A DNA stretch of 64,000 bases from Lama glama (Eukaryota): positions 99,016,001 through 99,080,000 of the forward strand of contig CM052816.1 in NCBI GenBank assembly GCA_028534125.1, in the 5' to 3' direction. How positions within the stretch are numbered: the first letter of the stretch is position 1; each line of letters opens with the position of its first letter. This document shows positions 24,332 to 34,975 of this stretch, one piece after another. The notes below the pieces were generated by a model, which saw only the letters and a program-made list of their open reading frames with translations, had not been told where the DNA came from and searched no databases. Both the position numbers and the translations under genes were made by a program.

Positions 24332-25989
24332 TCCTCCCCTCCCCAGTTTCCTTACGCATCTCACGCCAGCCTGAAGGTTGGAGGTTGCAATTACGAAACA
24401 GCAGCAGGTCCTGCGCTGTGGGGCTTGGGAGATGCCCCCGGCGTGGGCAGCTCTGTGGGTTTTGGTGCCCACTTAGTGTGATGCCCTCCCACAAGCCTCC
24501 CTGCCGTGACCTCCCGGAGCGGCACGTCCCTGCGTGGGAAGACTCTTAGCAGACGTGGGCATGATTCCTTCCCGCCCCAGGAGTGCCGCGGGAACTGGAG
24601 GGTGACTGGGTCCAGCCCCGGAATGTCAGCTATATTAACTTCAGTAAATCTGCACTCCGTGCCAGCTGCATTCATGACTGTCATTGTCCCCATCACAGGC
24701 CCATGAGGTCCTGCCCATGAGCAGGCTGAGTCACAGAGGCTGCGGTGACAGGCCTCAGGTCACCTGAGGCTGGTGTCAGGTCTGGTGGCTACTTCCATCC
24801 TGGCCTTGGCCACCGCATGCTCCCTCCCACCAAACCCCGGCTGTCCGGACTGTCACCACAGAGCCTCTGTTATCTGGACAGGCTGCGTAACCTCCCTAGC
24901 GTCCTGTCCCCCGCCTCTGAGGTGAGGTTAGTACTTCTTCTGCAGAGACACTTCTGGGCAGAACCAGTTAACTGCGGGTGGTGGGCAAATTCCCCGCACT
25001 GCCTTGCTCTGCCCCCCGGGGTATGGACTTGGAGGGATCCGTTTCTCCTCCCTGAACCCCTCGCAGCTCAGCGTCTCTCTCCCTGGCACCTTCAGGAGCT
25101 GAGCTCTCGCTGCATCTGGAAGGTTCTTGACTCCACACTTCCCTGTCTGCCCGGGGGGCCAGCCTTGCACAACCCTGGGAAGCAGGAGGAGGGGACGCCT
25201 TAGCCCCAGAACTGGGGTGGGGTGGAGACGGGTGGCTGGTGGTGCGAGAACTCCAGGCAGCCCGACAGTCGTAGCTCACAGGGAATCTCAGGCTGGCGCG
25301 ACGTGCCCGCCCTTCTGAAACCGCGGTCCCCAAGCCCACAGAACACACAGTTCTACCCGCGCCCCTCCCACGCTGCCACAGTGCAGGAACGTCTTTCACG
25401 GGGGAAGTCTTTGTTGTCGCACTTGGCAGGCCCTAGGGTTCCACGCTGAGGGTGCAGATTCAAACACCAGGTTCCATTGCCATCAGGGAATCTGCCATCT
25501 CCGGGGAGACAGTCCAGTAGCAGGCCATTCTGACAGAATGAGGCATGTCAGTGGCTGGCTCAGGCACTGGGACTGGGACCAGGGCTCGGAGCTCATAAAC
25601 GTCCCTCCCCGGCTTGGCACTGTCATCCCAGCTCATCCATCTTCCCTGGAGCTCAAGGAGGAAGGAGCTGTGAGATCTGGGATTTTGGCCAAATATCTTC
25701 CTGTTTCAATATGACAAGAGAGTAGAAGTTGGGGGGAAACATAAAGAATCAGTGTAATTTGGTAAAAGTTTTCTCTCCTTCCTTGAGAACTATTCTGGTA
25801 GAAACTCTGAGGAACTCTGTTGTAACATGAAGTGGCATCACTGGTGGAGAGACCCTCACCCCCCAAATCTGTGGTGTATCCCGAGTTTGAAGCAAACACA
25901 CGCGGGGGGTGCACCAGGCTAAACAGAGGAGACCGTTCCTCACTGTCCAAGCAGACAGGCGCACTGACAGACTGCCAAAATGACAGAGG

Positions 25990-26400
25990 GCCAGCCTTCC
26001 CTGGAGAACTGGGGTCTACGTCCCTCCGCTTGAACCTGGGTGGGGCTCTGTGCCCTTCCACCAAGACAGTGTGGCAGAACTTCTGAAATGAAATTTTGAA
26101 AAGGACCCAGCTCCTCTGAAGAACGTCTCCGGGCACCTAGAGCAGGCAGGTCCCGAGGAGAGGCCAGGGAGGCTGCGCCCCGCCGGCCACGAGGGGGAAG
26201 GGACCTGCAGAGGACTCCAGCCGTACCGGTCTTTCTAGCCGAGGCCCCAGATCCCCTCGGTGGGGGACCAGGGATAAGCCAGTCCCCTGGGTCACGTCCA
26301 AATTCCTGGCCCACGGAATCCATGAGCATCATACCATGGTTTTTGCTTAATGCCGCCAAATGTGGGGACGTCTCTTACGCAGTCATAGAAACCAGAAGCG
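25990..26400 (+). mobile_element. Old MaLR LTR (MLT1H/J-like), degenerate
   Basis: 'ccaaattcctggcccacggaatccatgagc...ttttgcttaatgccgccaaatgtgggg...ttacgcagtcatagaaacc' resembles the MLT1 3' end; the left edge is uncertain. Confidence 0.55.
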
Positions 26401-26900
26401 TGCGCAAGCCGCGTGAAACCGTGACACGGCCGGAGCCCGGGAGCTCCGGGCGTGGCCGGCACGTTGCGCCTTCCAGCCCGAGCCTGGGCTGCAGGCGCCC
26501 CAAGTCGGTAACGCTTCTGGCTTCTTGCCGACGTGTAAAAACTCTGAGGGTGAAAAGGGGATGTATGACTTAAAAAACCTCATTAATGATGTTATCTTTA
26601 CAATTTCCCCTAAGCAGAGCCACACTGGCGGGACAGGAGGAGGAGTGGGTGACACAGCTGGGGACACGCCTTCGGGGGCGCGCGCGGGGCGCCCAGCGCG
26701 GGTGCCGGGAGGGAGGGCACGCATGCGCGGGGGGAGAGCACGCATGCGCGGGGGGCCCGCCTCCGCTCTGTCTCCCGGGCAGGCAGCGCCGACCCTCGGG
26801 GACCGCAGCGGGCCCCGCGCAGGTCCGTGCGGCTGGATGTCCTGGTGGGAATACCTGTGCGCGTCATCCCACCCTCGGGGGCACGAGACATGAGCAAAGA
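26390..26900. promoter_or_regulatory. CpG island / probable promoter with two NRF1-like motifs
   Basis: Highest CpG density in the window by eye; GCACGCATGCGCG at 26717-26729 and 26738-26750; GC-box-like ccgcct; a possible first-exon donor CAG|GTCCGT at 26822/26823. Confidence 0.7.
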
Positions 26901-28469
26901 CCAAGCCTGCATATTTAGGTATTATAACTAAGTGCGTACTTACGTAGCGTTTACTTCTGCCTTCGCATAGCCACTGCTCTGTCACGACAGCCTGTTAGCA
27001 GGAGCCTCTTTAATCCACCGACGGCCCCTGCCTGTATGATCCAGACACGTCTCCCTTTCCACACCAGGGACCCAGGCTTAGCCAACACTTTGCCAAACTG
27101 ACTCCTCTAGGACGTGCAGGACCTGAAACATGGCTTTGTTTTCCAGGAGAAGGAAGCCCATCGTGGTAAGGCTTGTGTTTGCTAACTGTTCTGTGACAAG
27201 GCAGGCACGGTTTTAGCTCCATCACGCGTCTGTGTGGCTTGGATGCAGAGCCGAGAAAAGTCAGATCCAACTCCAGGGCAGACTTCCCTCAAGGTGGGTG
27301 CAGGTTTGGGCCTGAAATTCTGCTAGGTGAGTGCCACCGGCTTGATTCTGAATGAGACCCCCTTTACCCCTCCACGCTGTTTGTGAATGGTCCAGGGACA
27401 GGACAGGGCCATCGCCGGCCGTCATGCACAAGGCGGGACACAAGTGCTGCCCCTCACTGTCAGTCCGAATGGACCTGCGCCGCCTCAGGTGCGTCCATCC
27501 ACATTTAGATCCAATTTCAGTGCCCGACTCCAGGTTACATCACTGGACTCAAAATGCAGTAACTTCCACTGGCCCTTCTTCCTCTCAGGACGTGCACTGT
27601 GGGGCTGCAGACGCTTTAAAACTCCAGGGAGCCCTGAGCCAAATTTCAAACTCATATTATATATGAGTCAAAGGAGATTTTCATAGTTACATTTATAGGA
27701 AAGCATCAAAGACAATGATTTCCATATTATTTTTTATGAATCTCAGAATATAAGTCTTTTATCTACTTGTTTTGTATTTACATATTTTAGTTTTTTTAAA
27801 TTAAAACTGCGTTTGTTAAAGAAAATATGGAAAATACAGAAACATGAAACAAGTGCATATCCAACTGCCTTTTTCATCAAAGATGAACACATGAATATTT
27901 TTGTGTAGATCCTTCTTTTTCCCACATTTGCAAATATTTAATTAAATTTCTGAACTCTTTTTTCTTAATTCCTCCATTCCTAAGGTTTTTCTTTTTCTCT
28001 GAAGATACTCACAAATTCTGGTATTGACATGGTGGCAAATACTGGAGACTTCCCAGCAGGCTGCTACACATTTTGAACGGAATGTCTTTTAGGAAACTTC
28101 ACATATTGTTTTTCATTCTTCAAATCTTTCCTTAACATCTACTTTATGGCTTCTTCCCTTTCTTTTCTAAAAACGATAACCACTATGCTGGGTGCTCTTA
28201 AGGACAAAGTCCTTGTTTTAAAGAGGTAACTCTCTCGTGGGAACACTGGCGATGTCAGTACAGAGGAGCAAGTATCTATAGAAGAGATATTCCGGAGCAG
28301 GTAGCAGACACTGAAAGCATGTTTATATGTTAAACTCTAAGAAATATATTCAATAAATGCTCTCACTGAAGGGACGGAGACAGGACTTGGTATCCTGGGC
28401 GCAGTCACGTCTTGAGGAGGAATGTTGACGGCTCTGAACCCAGTCATTCTGTTTCCCCTCTTCCTGCAG

Positions 28470-28534
28470 GACAGACCTTCACGTATTTGAAGACGGCTGT
28501 TCCACCCAGATGTTTGTCTCTAGATCTGAGCATC
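28470..28534 (+). other. Candidate internal exon (65 nt) downstream of the CpG island
   Basis: Acceptor 'ttctgtttcccctcttcctgcag|', donor 'ATC|GTACGT'; internal ATG at 28510. Confidence 0.4.
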
Positions 28535-30146
28535 GTACGTATAGTACATACATGAGATTTGGAGGCTGTGGCCCTAGCTTTTTTTTCCAGGAGCCCTTAC
28601 ACAGATGTGATGAGAGGCTTGAGGACCCAGCCCCACAGTGGGTGAGGAAGAGGCCGAGCTGAGGCCCCGTCAGAGCCCATCCGTCCCCTGAGATGAGCTG
28701 GGGAGACACTGCCCCAGAGTCTCCACGTGGAGTCTGCCAGGGATGTCAAGGGGCCGGGCAGCTCGGATTCTCTTGGGTTATCTTCTTGGGAGACAAGCAA
28801 GGCAGGTGCGCGTCAGAGAGCCCTGGAGACGTGAGCGCCAGTCAGGCGGGCGGGTGCAGGCGCCATTCGGAGAGACCTGACCGCGGGCAGCACTGCCCCG
28901 CCCCACGTCCAAGGACAGGTGAAGGTGTGGGGAGGAGAATGGGGGGACAAGGGGCTCACTGCCACTTCTGCCATCTGCGATGGGTGAGAGTGAGACCCCG
29001 ATTTGGGGGTAAGTGGTGGACAAGAAGCCAGAGGTGGAAACCACTAGAAAGCCTGATTCTGCGTGACCTGGTCACCAGCGTGAGCGTGGCTGTGCGTGTG
29101 TCCAGGCACGGCCTGCCTGGGCTGCACCAGCACCTGGGCGAGGGCTCCGCGGTCTGGCGCGAACGAGCCTTCTCCCGGTGGGTGGGAGGTAAGGCGGGGC
29201 TTAGCGGGGCTTAGCAGGTCGTGCCCAGGGCGCATCCAGTTAGCGCTGAGGAGTGACGACACCTCGGTGCGCCTGTCTTCAGGGAACTACAGCGTGCGTG
29301 CAGGAGGGGGGCCCATCCTCTGTCCTCAGGCAGGCTCGCCCGTGCCTAGCAGGATGGGACAGCACAAAACGCCCTGTGGTAGGGTGCAGGGCCATTCACG
29401 CAGCAGAGAGACAGGGGACCAACAGGGTCAGGGGCAGAGACACCAAGTGTCTGATTGCTGGGTTCTCATGCCCCGTGCAGCATACGTGGTAGGTCAACAA
29501 ATCTAGACGTGTTGCGATGCCAACGTCAGGTAATTTGACAGCAGTAACAAGTGTCATGCTGTGGAGCGAGGGAAGGTAGTGAAAGCTGAGAGTCTGGGGA
29601 GCTGCCTCCTCCCAGCCCTGCGTCCTTGGCCTGCCTGCTCCAGGCCCGCTCTGCTCCACAGGGGCGGGGGGACCTGGAGGGCCAGTGTTTGACCTGGTCA
29701 GTCTTCTCAGGCTTGCTCCCCCTGAGTTCCCTGGGCCCCCCCTCCCCTGCCCAGTCTCTGGCCGGGGTTCCCGGAAGAGCCTTCCTGGACCACGGGCAGT
29801 GGCTTCCTGGGGCCATTTACCCAGAACCCAAGAAACAACCAAATGTGGACGTGACTCTGTCTGTTCCCCACCAAAGGGGATGATAAAACTTCTCAGTAAA
29901 GAGTAGTGAATCAGGAAGTGGAGAGTCACTCGCTCAGAGACGATTTTGGAAAAGGAGAAAATCATTGCAAGTGAAAAGTGTCTAGAGATCTTGTGTCCAC
30001 ACTGTTAAACTGGCCTCATGAGACACTCCCTTGCCGTCCCCAAAGATCTGGGTAAGATCCTGACGGAGTCCCCACCTGCCACTCCCATTTTCCCCTGAAG
30101 CTGTCTGACAATGTATTTAAGGTCCTTGGTGTCCTTCTCAGCTCGG

Positions 30147-30165
30147 CAGTGCCCCCTGGTGGCGC
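30147..30165 (-). promoter_or_regulatory. CTCF motif
   Basis: Reverse complement GCGCCACCAGGGGGCACTG, near-perfect consensus. Confidence 0.7.
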
Positions 30166-30975
30166 GCAGATCAGAAGCGATATTTAACGTCCCTTAAATG
30201 TTTAAATGCAGGTGACAAGATTTTCTCAGAAATCCTACATTCCCTCCCTTGTGACTTAGGTGGACTTTTAATATATTTCGATGATAACCTTTGCCAGTAG
30301 ATTTGTACCACGTTAACAGCAGTGAGCTCAAAAGAGGCGCAGTTAAAATCCAAGTTCATCCTGTCCTCTCTTAGTTCTGAGTCTGCTATCTCATAGAATA
30401 ATAAAAATGGCACATCTATTGAGGGCCTAAATGTCTTAGAGACTACACTGAAATTCCTTTTTCCATTGTGATTGTACCTTTCTTTGTATCTGAAGCATGC
30501 ACTCTAAGTAAATAGGGAAACAGAACATTCCTCCATCTGGGCAAGTTTATAAACTTCCGAGCATTGTTTTCAGCAAGAAATGAAGTCCTGAGTGGAAGGC
30601 ACACGGGGGTCAGACACCAGGCTCCAGAACCAGGACAGTGCATGTGTTCTATTTTAAGTCACTCAGTTTGTGGCAAATTATTATAGCAGCCACAGAAAAT
30701 TAACCCAGTCACATCTACACGAATGTATTCACATGAAAATAAAGACGGTACCTCAGACTATTAATTACACAGTCCTCACTCCTGCATCTTTCCTTGCTGC
30801 AGAAAGCACCAGAGGAAGCGATGCCGTGTGGAGCCCTGTACTGGGAGGGAAGTGCCCTCTCGGCTGCTGGAAAGAGAAGTGACTGCAACTGCCAAGTGGC
30901 GATTGATTTTGTCAAGAAATACATTTAAACTCTGGTCTTTCTTCCTGTCATTGGGCCGTGTATAAGTAACTGGCT

Positions 30976-31190
30976 CTGTGTGTGTGAGAGAGTGTGCTGC
31001 CTGTGTGTGCCTGTGTAAAGCACACGTGTGTCTGTGTGCGTGTGAATGTGCGTATTGTGTGTGCATGGATGCATGTGGGAGAGAGTATTCCTGGCATGCG
31101 TGCGTGTGTGTATACATGCATGCACGTGCACTTGTGTGCATGCATACGCATGCGTGTGCATGCAGACGTATGCACGTTCACATACGCTGG
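30976..31190. repeat. Degenerate (TG/CA)-type alternating purine-pyrimidine tract
   Basis: tgtgtg/gcatgc/gtgcac low-complexity run seen directly. Confidence 0.85.
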
Positions 31191-31439
31191 AGCTAGGAGG
31201 CAGCGCACGTGGCAGAAGAGGCAGGGTTTGAATTCACGCTCTGTCCCTCCCGCCTGCCTGCCCTGCTCTCGAGCGCCAGGTTCCCATGTGAGTGGGGATG
31301 ATGCTGTCACTGCAGAGGCTTGTGGCAGTTTCTCCCCAGGCAGCCTCTGCGGAGCTGGGGGTCCACCCCGGGCACCAGCAGGTGCGGTCACTGCACTGCC
31401 CCTCAACGAACCTTGCTGTGCCACACCTGCTGCATTTCT

Positions 31440-31954
31440 CACTGTGCATCGCTTCCTTGGACTTCATTTCAGAACACCTCAGACTGGTGGTGGAGAAAAA
31501 CAGAAACGTATTTTCTCTCACAGCTCTGGAGGCTAGAAATTGGAGGTCAACATGTGGTTTGGAGCTGATTCCTTCTGAAGCTGTGGGGAAGAATGCGCCC
31601 CAGGCCCCTCGCCTGGCTCTCGTGGGGTTGCTGGCCGCCTCTGGTGCTCTGTGGTTTGTAGAAGTGCGCCTGCACCCCGCCGCCTTCTCGCGATATTCTC
31701 CCTGGGTACACGCTTGTGTGTGTGTGTGTTTGTGTGTGTGCGTGCGTTTGTGTGTGTGCACGCATTCAGATGTCCCCCTCTTAGAGGGATGTCATTCATG
31801 TTAGATGAGGGGTCGAACCTAATCCAGCAAGGCCTCGCCTTAACTTATTATGTCTGCAGTGGCCCTGTCTCCTAATAATGTCACATTCTGAGGTCCTGGG
31901 GGTTAAGACTTCAACCTGCGAGTTTGGGGGAGGGGACAATTCAAACCCATCACA
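31440..31954 (-). mobile_element. MaLR solo LTR (MLT1C-like) with internal (TG)n
   Basis: 'tctcacagctctggaggctagaaattggagg...gtcacattctgaggtcctgggggttaagacttcaac...ggggacaattcaaaccc'. Confidence 0.85.
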
Positions 31955-32332
31955 TTATAGAATAGTTACTATATTCAACTAAGTACAAGACACTGAAAAA
32001 AATCTGTTTATATCAAAGACTGAAAATGCGAACTTGGACTTGCTGAATTTACCATGTGAAGATAATCTCTGGTCAATCAATTATCTCTATCAATCATCTA
32101 TCTTTCATCTGTTATCTATCAGTCGATCAAATCTGTCAATCTGTCAATGTACCTACTTACCTATCATCAATCTGAGAATATATGCTATCATTCACTATAA
32201 AAATCTACTTATAATTATATAATTGCATTTATAAGGGGCGTGGTATTTGGTTTGGCCCGATTAACTTTTAAACAGAAGTAAGTTCCATCTGTGTGTGAAT
32301 AGTGAGGTGTATTACTATGCTTTTAATTTGTA

Positions 32333-32350
32333 TAACCAGCAGAGGGCACT
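32333..32350 (+). promoter_or_regulatory. CTCF motif
   Basis: TAACCAGCAGAGGGCACT matches the CTCF core. Confidence 0.55.
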
Positions 32351-33634
32351 CCAGGCTAAACTTTGAAATGTGTTTCTGTTGACTGTTAAATGTCTTCAGT
32401 TGAGAACAAGTGCAAATTGATCGACTCCATCTGTGTATATAAGGTGCATCTACAGCTTCTTCCAACAGGAAAATAAAGGAAGTTTGCCTCCGTTAACACA
32501 TATACAAATGAAAGGCTCAATGTGATTCTCTTTCTGGAAATAATTTTATATTTAACAACTCTTTCTAAACAGAAGTTGCCTGGATTTTTAGGGAGAAACA
32601 CAGGGTAGCATTTCTCAGGTAGATTCTAGCTGAATTTTTGTAACAGGTTTACTTCCATTCAAAAAATGGACATTTTAGGGGATTGAGATTAATTCCAAAC
32701 TACTGATTTAGTTCATTTGTGATTTCATTTCCAGTTCTCATATAAGCAAACGTCAGAAGAGGTCAGCTATTCATTTCTCCACGTGGTCTCCATGACACGG
32801 ACCTTCCGTGTTCCCAATTAAGTAAATAAGAATAAAGGGTTAGGTAGGAAATAGCTCCTTTGTGTATATTTTGTTTGTATAGGACAGCGGCAGTTTCCTA
32901 AAGGACACAAGAGGAGCATATATTGTCTTAGAGGCTGCCAGTTTAGAAGTTTGTATTGTAGTCACAGTGTTCCCGGCAAGGAGATCTCCGTGGACATTAC
33001 TATCTAAAAGCGTCACTCGGGACCAGATAAGGGGATTTTATTTGCTAGTTACTCCCTCATTTAGATCAACTACTGAATATGAATTGGGCAGTTGACAGCC
33101 TTCTAGAAAACAGATAAACTTATTTAATACTGTCTTGAATAGATTCATGAATTTAAATTGCTTGCCTCCTAGAAGGAGCTAAAATGGTCCAGGAGAAAAC
33201 ACCTTTCTAAAGTTGGTCAATCATTCGTAAATTGAATTTTATTTAAACAGTCTAATACCTTAATATTAATATCTCAAATTCATTTCTTTCTTCAAACTAT
33301 TGAATAAAAATCAAACTGTATTTCCTAATAGTATTTGATGAGGTGGGAGGGACGGGAGCTCTTTTTTAGGGAGCAAAGCTATGTTGGGTATAAAGTATTT
33401 TATTACCACACTCAGACATTCCTTTATCATAGTTCAAATAGGAGCCTGGGCTTGGGACCAGATTTATCAAAAAGATGTTCAGTTTGATCTTTTTAATAAA
33501 AAACTGATATTGCAGAAAGAAGAGGTGAACCAGAAAGCGGTTAAATGGTGACAAAATATCACAGTGGAAAACAGTCATCTGTTTTGGACATCTAGTTCAA
33601 ATAACGGTGTTTTTAATGATTTTAAGTTGTTTAC

Positions 33635-34090
33635 TATTTTTTATTGAGATATACCTGATTTACAACATCACATAAGTTTCAGGTGTCCAACACAGTGATT
33701 CACAATTTGTAAAGGTTACACTCCATTTATAGCTATTGTAAAAACTTGTCTCTGCTTCCTGTGCTGCACAGTGTGTCCTTGTACTTTACACACAGGAGTT
33801 TGTACCTCTCCATCCCCTGTGCTGTTCCTGCCCCTCCCGCCTTCCCTCTCCCCACTGGTAACCACTCGTTTGTTTTCCATATCGTCTGTTCCTTTTTTGC
33901 TATATTCACTAGATAGCTTTTTTTTTTTCGATCACAGATATAAAAGATACCATATAATATTTGTCTTCTCTGTCTGACTTATTTCACCAAGCATAATACT
34001 CTCCGGGGTCAACCATGATGTTGCAAATGGCAAACTTTCATTCTTTTTTTTTAATAGCCAAGTAGCATTCCATTATATATATACAACTAC
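33635..34090 (-). mobile_element. L1 3' end
   Basis: 'ttttattgagatatacctgatttacaac...ctctccccactggtaaccact...tctgacttatttcac...gttgcaaatggca'. Confidence 0.85.
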
Positions 34091-34957
34091 TTTATAGTTC
34101 TTGAGAAGGTGGAACCATCAAGATGGTGATGGGGAACTAGTTATGACTCTTACCCATTGCGTCTCCCTTCTAGGTCTTTCCTCTCTCACCTTTAAAATAG
34201 AGCACACAGGGGCCATGCTAGCCATGGTGCTCATTTTGCCCAGTGCCTTGCTGATAGAAAGACACAGACTGTCCTCCAAGGACACACTTCCAGCCTTAGG
34301 TGGTTAGAATGGATGTCAGCCAAGGGTAGCAGCTCACAGGCTGGCACATAACCACCATCTGGCTTGACAAAAGAAGACAAGGTGGGTCAATCGTGTATCT
34401 ATTTTGAGAAACTGATCTAAGGAATATTCAGAAAAAGTAGAGGATAAAATTTGAGTTGAATGCATCTTGAGATAGCGCTGGGCCAAGAGGAGTTATTAGA
34501 ATTCAAGTTGTCACAATGCGTGAGCTAGTAGAAGGCCCAAGTCTGTAAAATGGGTACAAAAACATATTGATCTCAAGGGGTTTCTATTGCAAATAAGTGA
34601 CTGCATGTAAAGTACCTGCCACATTGCCTGGCACGTGGCAGTCTCTGAACACGCGTCTGGTATCTGCAGTGCTGGCAACATTTCGGTTATGGTTGTTACC
34701 CTTTCTACGTCTGAGGAATGGAGGGTTTTCTGAATCTGGTCTTGATGGGCGTGAGGAAAGGACACGGGGCCAATTTCCTTGCCCACACTTGTCTTGTCAC
34801 CATTTCCCCTTCCTTGCGGTTGACCTGAGTGGATGTCAGGGCCACCCTGTGGCTGCCTTCTCCCGGGATCCCAGCAGAAAGTGAGAAGTAATTATTTTCT
34901 ATTCTGAGATCCTCAAAATTATCTGTTTTCTTTTCCCCCCATCTCTCAGTGTCTCCC

Positions 34958-34975
34958 AAGGCCCCCTGGTGGCTG
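34958..34975 (-). promoter_or_regulatory. CTCF motif
   Basis: Reverse complement CAGCCACCAGGGGGCCTT. Confidence 0.5.

Noticed and set aside
26383..26985. 200-aa ORF and overlapping ORFs across the CpG island
   Set aside because: Stop-poor GC-rich DNA is open in several frames on both strands; the repeated RMRALPP peptide only reflects the 21-bp DNA duplication.
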